From: a virus
Lineage: Duplodnaviria; Caudoviricetes
Virus record (IMG/VR): IMGVR_UViG_3300029288_001872
Span: 32,001 to 96,000 of that record
Strand: one strand, 5' to 3'
DNA: 64,000 bases
Of the stretch, positions 51,801 through 62,501 are shown one piece after another (positions within the stretch are counted from its first letter, which is position 1; each line of letters opens with the position of its first letter). The position numbers were made by a program, and so were the translations under genes. Under the pieces are notes generated by a model, which was given only the letters and a program-made list of their open reading frames with translations, was not told the origin of the DNA and did no database searches.

Positions 51801-54800
51801 AAACAATTATCGCAGCATTGCAGAAAGATGGTTATGATATGATAACCGCTTGTGAAATAGCCGCGGATTATATCAAGGAACTTTTGCAAAAGCCCGCGGG
51901 TAAATATATTTATCATACTAACACAAGTAAGATAACCATCATTAAAAAAGATTCATAAAAGGGGAAATTACTGAAAATATTCCTTGACAAGTGAATTTAA
52001 AACGCGGTAAAATATAAACCATAAAAGGAGATTAAAACCTTGACACAAGCGGAAAGACTAAGAAAATCGGCAAAGGCAAGCGCAAATTGGCGCGGCCATA
52101 AATTAGATCAATTCAAACATTATCCCAAAAGATACAACGGCCAGAAATTAAAAGGCCAGGAAAGAGCCGTGGCAATTTGTACGGTATGCGGCGCTTATGC
52201 CTGTTATGACACTAACCCCGCGCCGAATGGCATAGACGTATCAGGCGATGCTGTGGCCATCAATTGCCCGCGGCAAGGAGGGTAAATTAAGTGGATAATT
52301 TAGAACTGTATTTAATTGACTTGGATATGCGAATTTTTTGTATTCAATATGAAAATCCAGATTTAGATTATAATGAATGTAAAAAACTTGCATTAGAAGA
52401 AATCAAAGAAGAAAAGGAATTTGAAAAAGGAGAATAAAAGGTTATGAATACAAAAGTTATGAGAATGTTAACCGCTTTGGCGATTGTCTTAAAAGATGAA
52501 AGGCAACCATTAATTAACGCGGTCCACGAAGTCGTAAACGATAAAAGAGACGGCTATGATTTTGACTTTAAGGCCGCGGCTGAAAATATGCGCCACTTCG
52601 TAAAAGGCGGTAAACCATGAATAAAACAACCTGGAAAGTGACCCGCCTTTCTGATACTTCTTGTAAGGTTGAAAACCTCAAAACCGGCTTTTGTGATTTC
52701 CCCATAAGATACAAAAACGGAGAAATCGGTTATGACTACCCGGGACGAATACCGGCTTACGTCAAAGAAATGGTATCAAAAGAATTTAAATAAAAGGAGG
52801 ATTAAAAGATTATGATTAACAAAGAATTCGCGGCAAAAGACAAGGTTTTCGTAAAAGCCTGTGAAATCGCCAAAGTCGAACCGACCAAAAGACAGGCGGC
52901 AAAGTTTCAAAACAAGAAAGGTCTGGCGCGCCGTTTTTACGGGTCTGCGGCCTCTGCGGTAAAACGGCAAGAAACGAAGTAAAAGAAATTTTTATCGCTT
53001 AATAAAGGAGGTTTTGAAAATGGAAATGGTTATTGTAATTGCAACATTAAAAGATAACAGAAAGGTTGTTTTTTCTGTGGATGGGAACGAAGTTGATACA
53101 AGTTTTAACGGACTTTCTCAATATCTTTCCAAATATCCAAAACCTTTTCATCCTTTTACTTATTTTAAGAAAAACGATTTTGATTCTTTTGACGTGAGCA
53201 AAGCGGACGGCAGACCCCGCTTATTGTAAATCTGAATAAAAGGAGGTTTTAAAAATGTTTACCATCATCGGGCGGCGCTGGTTTGAAAAAACCAATGGTA
53301 ATACTTATCATTCAGTCGAAGTTTACAAAGACGGCGAATTATTAGGCCGCGTTCCCTTTGCCTATGGTTACGGGGACCAATACAAGCAAACCGCGCTTGA
53401 CTTGCTTGTCAAACTGGGGCATTATCCCAATACAGAGGCAAAACATGGCGGATATGAGTGTTACCGTCAATTCACTTTTTCAAAAGAAAGTGGCGGCGAC
53501 GGTAATTTCTTTTCCGTTTCGGACGTTGCCAGAAAGAAAGACCTTTAAAGGAGAAATTAACCATGATGATTTGTGATTATCTTAGGGGAAAATTTAAAGG
53601 TCCGGTCATTTGCGATACCGGAGAACTCGCCAGAAAAAACCGAAAAGAAAGTTTTGTAAAAGGTTTTCTCTGCGCTTTGTTTTCAGAAAGACCGGATACT
53701 TTTCTAATTTTCAATCGTGATGATTATATTTCAGGATATGCAGAGGGGAGCATTTACCGTGATACAATTAACGGCCTGTCTCCTTTTTGCCTCTTAATTC
53801 ACCGCGATTTACTTTTAACCTATCAATCCTATCAATAAAGGAGGATAATTAACTATGGCAAAATCAAATTATTTCCCCAAAACAAAAGAAGCAAAATTGC
53901 AATGGTATGAAACAAGAATACATGATTGTATGTATCTGCTTTTGCCGGAATCAGGCGCAAGCATTGACTACGCAAAAGGCGCTTTATCTGGCCTATTAAG
54001 CGGTATCATGGCTTGCAAACCTGGATTTTTGCCTATTGACTTAAAGCCGTTTTTGCCTCATGGTTATCGGCGCGAAGCAATTCCGGCACCGTGGCGCATA
54101 TATCTTTGCGATTAACCTTTAACCGATAAGGAGAATAAAACAAAATGAACCTTCCCACCATTGACACCTATGGCAGATATTCAAGCGGTAATTACGGCGC
54201 TCATTGTCTCCGCGTTGACTTTGACAATTTAACTTTGTGGTATTCTTACAATACCATCGTAGCCTTTCGCGGTGGCGGTTATCCCTGCATAGTACGTCAA
54301 AATTCCTGGGGTCCGACTACCGGCAAGCATTTGAATGCAATCGACGGCGGCGACAAAAAGTCGCGGGTGTCTGGTGAAAAGTTTGAAAAGATACTTGACG
54401 AAACCTTAAAGAAATTAGGGTTAAGCAATTAATGGAATTTATCATTTACCGTACAAGTGGCGGCGGTGCGCCTTTGTGGTGGAATGCAGAGGAGGAAAAA
54501 ACCGATAAGCCTTGTAAAAATGCTTATCCAGACGTTATAAAAGATGAAAATGATTATGATATTCATCTTTGGAAAATCAAGATTGATAATCTTAACGACC
54601 TTGTAAAACTTAATCAAGAGGTCGGGGCTTTAATCTTAAGAAAAAACAGTATAGAAATTTATGATCGATATCGCGAATAAAAGGAGGTTTTAACGTAATG
54701 GCTGAAAAGACAGATGAAAAGACTTATCAAGCAGCTTTGAAAAGGTTAAATGAAATCGGAGCGTTTACGGACCCTGGCCTTGACAAAATTAAAATCAAAA

Positions 54801-57800
54801 AAGAAAGGCCGGGCCTTATTTCTTTAGTAATTGAAAATAATATCGAAATAAAAGTCAATTATCCTATGGGAAAACAAGAAGCTTTGAAACTGGCCGCGCA
54901 GCTTATGTGCGCTTTTAATTATGATTAAAAAATAATTTGCAAAAGGTCAAAAAATCGCTTGACAAAGGTTTTTCTATCATGGTAATATTCGCCCATCAAC
55001 TAGGCCATGCCTAGACCTTAAAGGAGGTTCAAAATTTATGAAATCTTACCAAGAGGCTTTAGAAAAATTAGGAAAACGTTCATCCCGCAAACTTGAGAAC
55101 AATACCTACCTCATCCACTACCACGAAGCCAAACCGCATTACATAGGCGTCCGTCTGCACAATACCGACGTAGTGAAATATTACCCGGATGGGCGCATTA
55201 TCTTGAATTCCGGCGGCTGGAAAACACCCACCACAAAAGACCGTATAAATAAATATGCGCCGGTGAATGTCTGGACCGATAAAGGGATATGGTATATCGG
55301 CCAAAGTTGGAATAAACCCGCCGAAGCCATTTATCAAGATGATATGGTTATCAATCCCGACAACACTTTTTCCGGGGTTATGACCATGGAGCAAGCCAAA
55401 GCAGAAACCAAACTGCGCGGCCAAGTAAGGAAATATGCAAAAGACTTTGTAACCGCTTTAAAAGCTGGTAAAATCCCTATGCCGTCAAGTGGTGATTGCT
55501 GGGGATGTTGCATGAAAGACGTAAAGACAGGGCAGACGGTAATGGGAAGTGACCATATAATTTCCCACATAAAAGAAAAATATTATGTCCCTTCCCTGGC
55601 CGTGAATACCCTTGAAGCCTTTGGCGCAAGTATGGCCGCAAAATCAACCTTATGGTTTTACATGGGTCATAAAGAGGCTAACGACTGGGGAGAATTTGCC
55701 CTTGAACAAATCGAGAAGAGTATTAAAAGGTATGTTTACCGGGAATTAGGTTTGGCTTATTAATCTTGAATAAAAGGGGAAATTTAATGAATGAATATAA
55801 AGTAATATCAACCGGCAATGTAACCAAAGGAACCATTCTTGCTATAATATATGCTGACAATAAAAGAGAAGCAAAAGAACAAGCAAGGCGTCAATTTGGG
55901 GAATATGTCAGGGTTCAAAGTAAGTAACCTTTAATTCACAAAAGGAGAAATTATCGAATGAAAAAACAAATATATACCCCAACTGACACATGGAAAGATG
56001 TTTCGCCAGAAGAAAGAGAGCAAGTCGTTAATGAAATAATGGAAAGATTGCCACGCTCTGACACAATCGGCAAAGAATCTGAATTTTGGAAAAGAACAGA
56101 ACTTGCTTTAAACAAACTGAATATCTATGAACTAACCGCGCTTTGCATGTTTTTAACGCCTTTGGAATTTGTAAGATATCAAAGAACAAAAAATAAATAA
56201 CTTACAAAAGGTAAATTATGCCAAATAATTATAAAAGACAAATTTGTCAAATAGTTGGGGCTGTTTATACCAAGGCTCCAAGAAATTACCCACATATTGA
56301 AATGGATGAATTACTAATTTTTTGCCCCTTATGTGGGAACACTTTAAACTTGGCGCGTTATTTAAAAAGCGGTCGAGGTTATTACTGCCAAGATTGCGAT
56401 GCAATATTTAATCTTTAATAAAAGGAGGATTTAACGCAAATGAAAAAGTTTGAATTGACTGGCAATTACAAAATTTATAACGGCAAAAAACTTTTTCAAA
56501 TCAAAGCCCTAATTTCCTTTGGAATCGTTTCAAAGGGTGAATTAGGTGGCTATATTGAAAATGAAAATAATTTATCTCACTATGGCAATGCTTGGGTCTA
56601 TGGCAATGCTTGGGTCTCTGGCAATGCTTGGGTCTATGGCAATGCTTGGGTCTCTGGCAATGCTAGGGTCTATGGCAATGCTTGGGTCTATGGCAATGCT
56701 AAGGTCTATGGCAATGCTTGGGTCTATGGCAATGCTTGGGTCTATGGCAATGCTTGGGTCTATGGCAATGCTAGGGTCTATGGCAATGCTTGGGTCTCTG
56801 GCAATGCTTGGGTCTCTGGCGTATGTATAAACATTCAAGGAAAGTGGGATATTACCATAAGCGATTATCACATTCAAATCGGTTGCGAACTTCACACAAT
56901 AAAAGAATGGTTTTCCTTTAAGGATTCAAGAATTGCCAAAATGGAAAGTACCGCTCTTGATTGGTGGAATCGCAATAAAGAATGGTTAAAAATTCTTTGT
57001 GAAACAAGAGCAAAATAAGACTAACCTTCAATAAAAGGAGGAATTATCGAATGTCTAAACTTTTAATGGTAATTGACGGCGAAGTTTGCAAGGTAAAAGA
57101 GGTTGTTAATTATGGTTATCTCCCCATGATTGAACTTGAAGACGGAAGAGATTATTATATCGCCAAAGACAAAGACGAGGCCGGAGAAAAAGCCCGCGAA
57201 TATTGGGAAGAAATGGCCGAAAATGACCCGGAAGAATTCGCAGCTTTGGTAGGCGAAAAGACCTTAGTTTCTTGGGCTTTGGGGCAATATGCCGGGCCAG
57301 GGTCAACTAAAGTACAAAACCTTGACGAATGGCTGGACTTATGGCTTGATACCCCAGAGGAGCAGTGGGCCAGCTATGACAGCCAGGAAAAAGATTGCAG
57401 ACTTAACCTCAATCTCATTACAGAGTTGGGATGGGAAGATAATGAAGTTAACGCGGTTTGTTATCGACATAATTAAACAATCAAACTAAAAGGAGAATCT
57501 TACCATGCCAAGGCCAATTTTAAATTATGTGTATAAGTTTGACGAACTTTCAGAATCAGCCAAACAAAAGGCGATTGATGATTATCGCCAAGATGGGTTT
57601 GATTATGACTGGTGGGATGCAGTTTATGAAGATGCAAGGCAAATAGGCGAAATCATCGGTATTAAGATTGACAATATTTACTTCTCGGGCTTTTCCAGTC
57701 AGGGAGACGGCGCTTGCTTTGAGGGTAAGTACACCTATACAAAAGGAAGCGTCAAAAAAATAAAAGATCATGCACCACAAGATGAGGAACTTCACCGAAT

Positions 57801-58295
57801 CGCCAGAGAATTACAAAAGTTACAAAAGAAGAATTTCTATTCACTTTCCGCAAAAGTCAAACAAAGCGGCCATTATTCGCATGAATACTGCACAGAAATC
57901 GAAGTTTGCGACAATCTCAATTCATATGGCGATGTAACCGTTGAAACCGAAAAGGCTTTAAGTGAGTTGCTTCGTGATTTCATGCGGTGGATTTACAAAA
58001 GCCTTGAAACCGATTGGGATTATCTTTCATCGGATGAACAAATCGTTGAAACCATCCAGGCTAACGAATGGGAATTTGATGAAAATGGCGATATGGTTTA
58101 AATATGACAAAACATTATTACGCCTTTGATAATGAAAATCAAACTGTTTATCGCTGGCACAATCAAGAAATCAGACACGCTCATGTCTGGGACAAGCCAA
58201 ATATAAAAGCAGTTTCATCTAACCATTGGGCCGTATTAAAAGCAAAAAGATTACAAAAGAAAAATGTTGCGCTTGCCTATCCAATTAAGGTTTAG
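48876..58295 (+). CDS. Early region: about 25-30 small hypothetical proteins with strong AAAGGAG RBS
   Basis: Co-oriented short ORFs; TTGACA promoters at 48698, 51984 and 54959. Confidence 0.65.
49496..49553 (+). repeat. 58-bp imperfect palindrome, copy 1
   Basis: TTAACTT..TTTGCCATAA...TTATGGCAAA..AAGTTAA. Confidence 0.85.
50517..50574 (+). repeat. 58-bp imperfect palindrome, copy 2 (one substitution, in the loop)
   Basis: Near-identical to 49496-49553. Confidence 0.85.
56440..57018 (+). CDS. Beta-helix (GNAWVY hexapeptide repeat) phage protein
   Basis: About 13 tandem 18-bp repeats; 'KGELGGYIE.E.NLS', 'IQIGCE.H'. Confidence 0.8.
   Translation: MKKFELTGNYKIYNGKKLFQIKALISFGIVSKGELGGYIENENNLSHYGNAWVYGNAWVSGNAWVYGNAWVSGNARVYGNAWVYGNAKVYGNAWVYGNAWVYGNAWVYGNARVYGNAWVSGNAWVSGVCINIQGKWDITISDYHIQIGCELHTIKEWFSFKDSRIAKMESTALDWWNRNKEWLKILCETRAK
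57505..58101 (+). CDS. Conserved acidic early phage/MGE protein
   Basis: 'FDELSESAKQKAI', 'YFSGFSSQGDGACFEG', 'ANEWEFDENG'. Confidence 0.55.
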   Translation: MPRPILNYVYKFDELSESAKQKAIDDYRQDGFDYDWWDAVYEDARQIGEIIGIKIDNIYFSGFSSQGDGACFEGKYTYTKGSVKKIKDHAPQDEELHRIARELQKLQKKNFYSLSAKVKQSGHYSHEYCTEIEVCDNLNSYGDVTVETEKALSELLRDFMRWIYKSLETDWDYLSSDEQIVETIQANEWEFDENGDMV

Positions 58296-58444
58296 TAACC
58301 CTCTTTTATTTTGTGTGAAATGCGCCTGAGAGAGTGTTAAAAAGGCTCAAATTTCAACGATAATTTAAAAGAGGTACTTTGGGTAGGGTTTGGGGAAAAT
58401 TGTCAAAATAAGGGCTTTAAAATGCGTGAATGTTCTATCTAAAT

Positions 58445-59560
58445 TCAGACAGTTTTTAGAGCTACGCTCAAAGACTCCATCCCGAGTCTCAAAATGTTAA
58501 TTGCTGCGTTATGATCTCTATCTAACACTAAACCACAGGAGCAAGAATGAGTTCTAATAGACAAATCCTTATCAACCAGGTTATGACATCTAGAACACAT
58601 CTTACTAGTGTTTCTTGGATTTATGAAGATTGTTTGTCTACCGGCCCATTCTGCCTTGTATTTGACAAAATTCATAAATTGATTCCAAGCAACATTACCT
58701 ATAGACTTTCTAACACCTTTAAAAGCACCTTGTTGCATATTCTTAATATCAAGTTTCTCAAAAACAATTACTTGATTTTCATTAATGATTCTTCTACTGA
58801 GTTTATGTGCGAAGTCAGTACGTTTATTAACAATCTTAGAATGAATCTTAGCTACAATCTTTTTAAGTTTCTTTCTTTTAAAAGAACCTTTTTTAACTTT
58901 ACTAAATTTTCTCTGACATTTAGCAAGTTTATCTTCATCTTGCTTAAAGAATCTAGGGTTATCAATTTTAGTTCCATCAGAAAAAGTTGCAAAATTGATA
59001 AGACCTACATCAATTCCTATAGATTTATCAATTATTGGAAGGGAATTTATCTCAGATTCACAAACAAAACAAGCAAACCATTTATCAGTAGAATCTTTTC
59101 TAATAGTAAGGGTCTTGATTTTCCCTTCAATTGGTCTATGTTGTTTGATTCTAACTGCGCCTATTTTGGACATTTTGAGTTTATTGTCAATAAGTTTAAA
59201 GCCATATTGAGGAAATGTAAAACTATTATATCTATCCCGGCCTTGGAATCTAGGGTATCCGGGTTTGTCACCAGATTTTACTCTTCTAAAAAACGCCTTA
59301 AATGCTTTGTCAAGTCTGTTTTGGGCATTGGTCAAACATTGAGAAAACACATCATTAAGTTCAAGTTTATCTTTCTTCCACAAAGTCAAAAGTTTTTGTG
59401 TGTCATAAAGACTAAGGCTTTTCTTTTCATCTTCCCAAGATTTCTTTCTAGTTTCAAGTGTTTTATTATAAACCCATCTACAAGCATCAAGATAGGTTTG
59501 AAGAAACTTCTTTTGTTTGGAAGTTGGGTAAATTCTATATTTAAATGTTTTCATGCTCAT
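58445..59560 (-). CDS. tnpB: Second TnpB RNA-guided endonuclease (start reassigned to MSMKTF)
   Basis: FKYRIYPT, GYPRF, GIDVG / FEKL / DRDHNAA; right end CATTCAC at 58432-58426. Confidence 0.9.
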   Translation of the reverse strand: MSMKTFKYRIYPTSKQKKFLQTYLDACRWVYNKTLETRKKSWEDEKKSLSLYDTQKLLTLWKKDKLELNDVFSQCLTNAQNRLDKAFKAFFRRVKSGDKPGYPRFQGRDRYNSFTFPQYGFKLIDNKLKMSKIGAVRIKQHRPIEGKIKTLTIRKDSTDKWFACFVCESEINSLPIIDKSIGIDVGLINFATFSDGTKIDNPRFFKQDEDKLAKCQRKFSKVKKGSFKRKKLKKIVAKIHSKIVNKRTDFAHKLSRRIINENQVIVFEKLDIKNMQQGAFKGVRKSIGNVAWNQFMNFVKYKAEWAGRQTIFINPRNTSKMCSRCHNLVDKDLSIRTHSCSCGLVLDRDHNAAINILRLGMESLSVALKTV

Positions 59561-59655
59561 ATATAGATTATAACATATGAGAAAGATAATGCAATAGAAA
59601 AGTACAATTTTTTGTACTGAGAATAAAAATAAATTGAGATTAGTGAAAATAATTC

Positions 59656-59684
59656 TTGACAAGCTGATTTGAATAATTTAAGAT
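59656..59684 (+). promoter_or_regulatory. sigma70 promoter
   Basis: TTGACA-N17-TAAGAT. Confidence 0.6.
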
Positions 59685-60860
59685 TAACCATACTTTAAAC
59701 ACTTTGAATCATTAACCAAAAACTAAAAGGAGGGTGATTATCATGCGTTCCAAATTCAAGGGTTAAATAATTGAAATAGACACCGGCAACAAAGAATATG
59801 AAAATGTGGTCATAAATAGAAGTGGGCAAACGCCTTAGAGAGACATCCACCTAATTAATGCCCAATAATGCCAATAGGAGGGGCCAAACAATGAGGGTAG
59901 GGCCGGAAGGTTAGGAGGCCAGCGCCCGAGGATTAAAACCAAAACCAGCTTAAGGAAATAACACAGAGAGACTACGGGGAGGGCCTACCCCTCCCCAATT
60001 ACCAAAAGGAGAATAAATCACATGAAGAAAATTATCACAGGAAAAGTAAAAGTAATTAACAGAAGAGTGTCGGGTCTCTCCTCTGGTCTTGAAAATTCTG
60101 TCAGTAAAGACAATTGGCCATTTAGCCTTACCGCTCCAATGCCACCATTTGCCTTTGGGAAAGTAATTGCATTATGTCCTGATGAGCAAACAGCAAACTT
60201 AATTGCCAATTGCTTAAATCATTTTGTGGATGAATATTTATGATTAAAGAAATATATGATTGTTAAAAGAATAAAAGGAGATAAATAATCATGGCAAATG
60301 GTCCTTATCATGTTGGTGTACTCAACAAAGAAACGGGAAAATATGAAATAATTAATGCAACTGGAGAAGATGAAAAGAATGTATTAATCACAGCAAGTAA
60401 CGCTATTGGCCGCGTTGGAAAAGATGCAGTTCAAATATTTAAAGAAATATCCTACCGTGTAGAAATCAAATTAAATCTTTATGAGTTGACTAATGATTAA
60501 AGCTAAAATCCTTCCAAACGGTTGTCTTAAAATCACTGCTGACAATGAAGGTCGCGCAGATTTGAAAAATGAATATCAGCAGGGCGGTTATCCAAAAGCA
60601 GAAGATTATGTGATTGATTCCTTGCATGACAATTTTTATTTTGTCCTTCCCGAACAGATAGGCGCATTGACCAGCGCGCCCATATTCACCGACGAATTAG
60701 ATATAGACGATGATGGTAAAGTTGCTTATGTAGGCGATGTATTTTGGTATCCAAATTATATGTTAATTGATCCTTGGGAAGAATTGAAAAACAAAGGCTA
60801 TGTGATATTTGAGCCGGAAGAAAATAATAAAAGTTTAAATAAAAAGGAGGGAAAATAATT

Positions 60861-62501
60861 ATGCCTATCGCTAAAAATGGTTATAATGAATTTACCAAAT
60901 ATAAACATGAACATCTAGAAGCGATTCTTGATATATTGGCAAAGAAGTTCAAAACGATTGAAGATTATGATTGGGTATATCCAAATTTTTTAGATATTGA
61001 AACTCATGCCGGTGAAGGGAGTTATCCAGACCCAGAGAACAAAACCAAAAGGGTTTACGACTCAAGTATTTTAAGGTTTAAAACAGTCATGACAAGAAAT
61101 GAAATCTCCTATGAGAGCCATTTGTTTGAAATAAGAGACGATGCTAGAAATGATTTAAAAAAACAATTAGGAACTCCATTTGACAACTTCTATGGAGATT
61201 TTCATCAATTGGATTGTAATTTTGATGATTCTCCAACTGACAATTATCTTTTGACTGAAATAATTAGAAGAATATATAAAGCTAAAGGCAAAATTCCTTT
61301 TGGTATTATCCAGGTTGACCCTTGTGGATATATCAATAAACAAATTCAAGAAATGTTTTCACACAATTTGTTTAAACATTCTTCTTATTCAAATTCACTA
61401 TTAATGGGAATGGATATTTTGTTTTCTTTGAATATGACAGCCCATAAAAGACCGACACATCTAAAAACAAAAGAGTGCCATTTACCCCATTTAAGAGATT
61501 TTTTACAAACAATAAATAAAAAACATTGGTTTATCAGAGGTTCTGTTGAGAAAGACGCTCATCAAAGAGTTTTAGTTTTAGGGACAAATTGGAGTGGTTT
61601 TCCAGAACTTCCTGGAATAAATATGTATAATATAAATTCGCCAATGGCCAATCCTATTTGGGAGAAAATCACCACGACAAGAAAAGAACTTGAGATAAAA
61701 TTGTTTTATATCAAAAATAAAGATTTGCCAGAAGTTACTCCAATCGTTCAAAATAGTCTGTTGAAACAGGAGGAATATCTTACTGCATCTGATGTTGCTA
61801 GAAGATTAGATAGGCCCGTTCACCAAGTCATAAAATTGATAAATGCTGGTGAATTAAAAGCCCATAAAAGAAAAGTTTTCTGGCAAATTTCAGAAGATGA
61901 TTTGAAAGATTTTCTGACAAGAGAAAAGTTTGCTGAAAAAAAAGAACTAACAAAAACCTGTGAGCCAAACCCAAAAAACAATAAATTTTTATGGTGTCCT
62001 ATAGGAAAAGATTTCGGAGAAGATTTTAATGAAGAATCAAAAATTTGTCAAAAATGCAACGTGAAAACAAAATGTGAACAAACAACTGTGAATTATCACT
62101 CCACGACTTGTACTGATGGGCCTGCACCAGATGGAACTTTAAAATGTCCATTTTTCGGATTGGAAAACTTTATAATTCTTCCTTGTGGTTTAGAAGATTT
62201 TACAGAAATTTGCAAGTCTTGTGAAGTTTATAGCAAATGTGTTGAATCTTTTGAATCAACCTTTCCCCAATATGATGATAGAGAAATAATTAATAAAATC
62301 AAATTACATTCAAAAGAAATAAAAGAATTCAAAATAACGAAAAAAGAACTTTCTGAAAAAATTGGCATTTCACAATCAAAAATAAGCAAAGGGCTGGCCT
62401 TATTGCCCTACCCAAGATTAAGAAAAGATGTTTTTAAAGGGTTAGTTACAATAAACTACCAACATAACCAATTAATGAATTTAAAAAAGGGAAATAAATG
62501 A
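60861..62501 (+). CDS. TcmP (three-Cys-motif partner)-like SAM-binding domain fused to an excisionase-type HTH, Cys clusters and a C-terminal HTH
   Basis: 'FTKYKH..L..IL', 'DIETHAGEG', 'LFE', 'VDPCG'; 'YLTASDVARRL...INAGELKA'; adjacent to DUF5131. Confidence 0.6.
   Translation: MPIAKNGYNEFTKYKHEHLEAILDILAKKFKTIEDYDWVYPNFLDIETHAGEGSYPDPENKTKRVYDSSILRFKTVMTRNEISYESHLFEIRDDARNDLKKQLGTPFDNFYGDFHQLDCNFDDSPTDNYLLTEIIRRIYKAKGKIPFGIIQVDPCGYINKQIQEMFSHNLFKHSSYSNSLLMGMDILFSLNMTAHKRPTHLKTKECHLPHLRDFLQTINKKHWFIRGSVEKDAHQRVLVLGTNWSGFPELPGINMYNINSPMANPIWEKITTTRKELEIKLFYIKNKDLPEVTPIVQNSLLKQEEYLTASDVARRLDRPVHQVIKLINAGELKAHKRKVFWQISEDDLKDFLTREKFAEKKELTKTCEPNPKNNKFLWCPIGKDFGEDFNEESKICQKCNVKTKCEQTTVNYHSTTCTDGPAPDGTLKCPFFGLENFIILPCGLEDFTEICKSCEVYSKCVESFESTFPQYDDREIINKIKLHSKEIKEFKITKKELSEKIGISQSKISKGLALLPYPRLRKDVFKGLVTINYQHNQLMNLKKGNK

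Noticed and set aside
56546-56895. Alternative-frame repeat ORFs (MAMLGS / DPSIAI)
   Set aside because: By-products of the 18-bp repeats in the GNAWVY gene.
58547-59566. 339-aa ORF antisense to the second tnpB
   Set aside because: Shadow frame with no RBS or recognisable motif.
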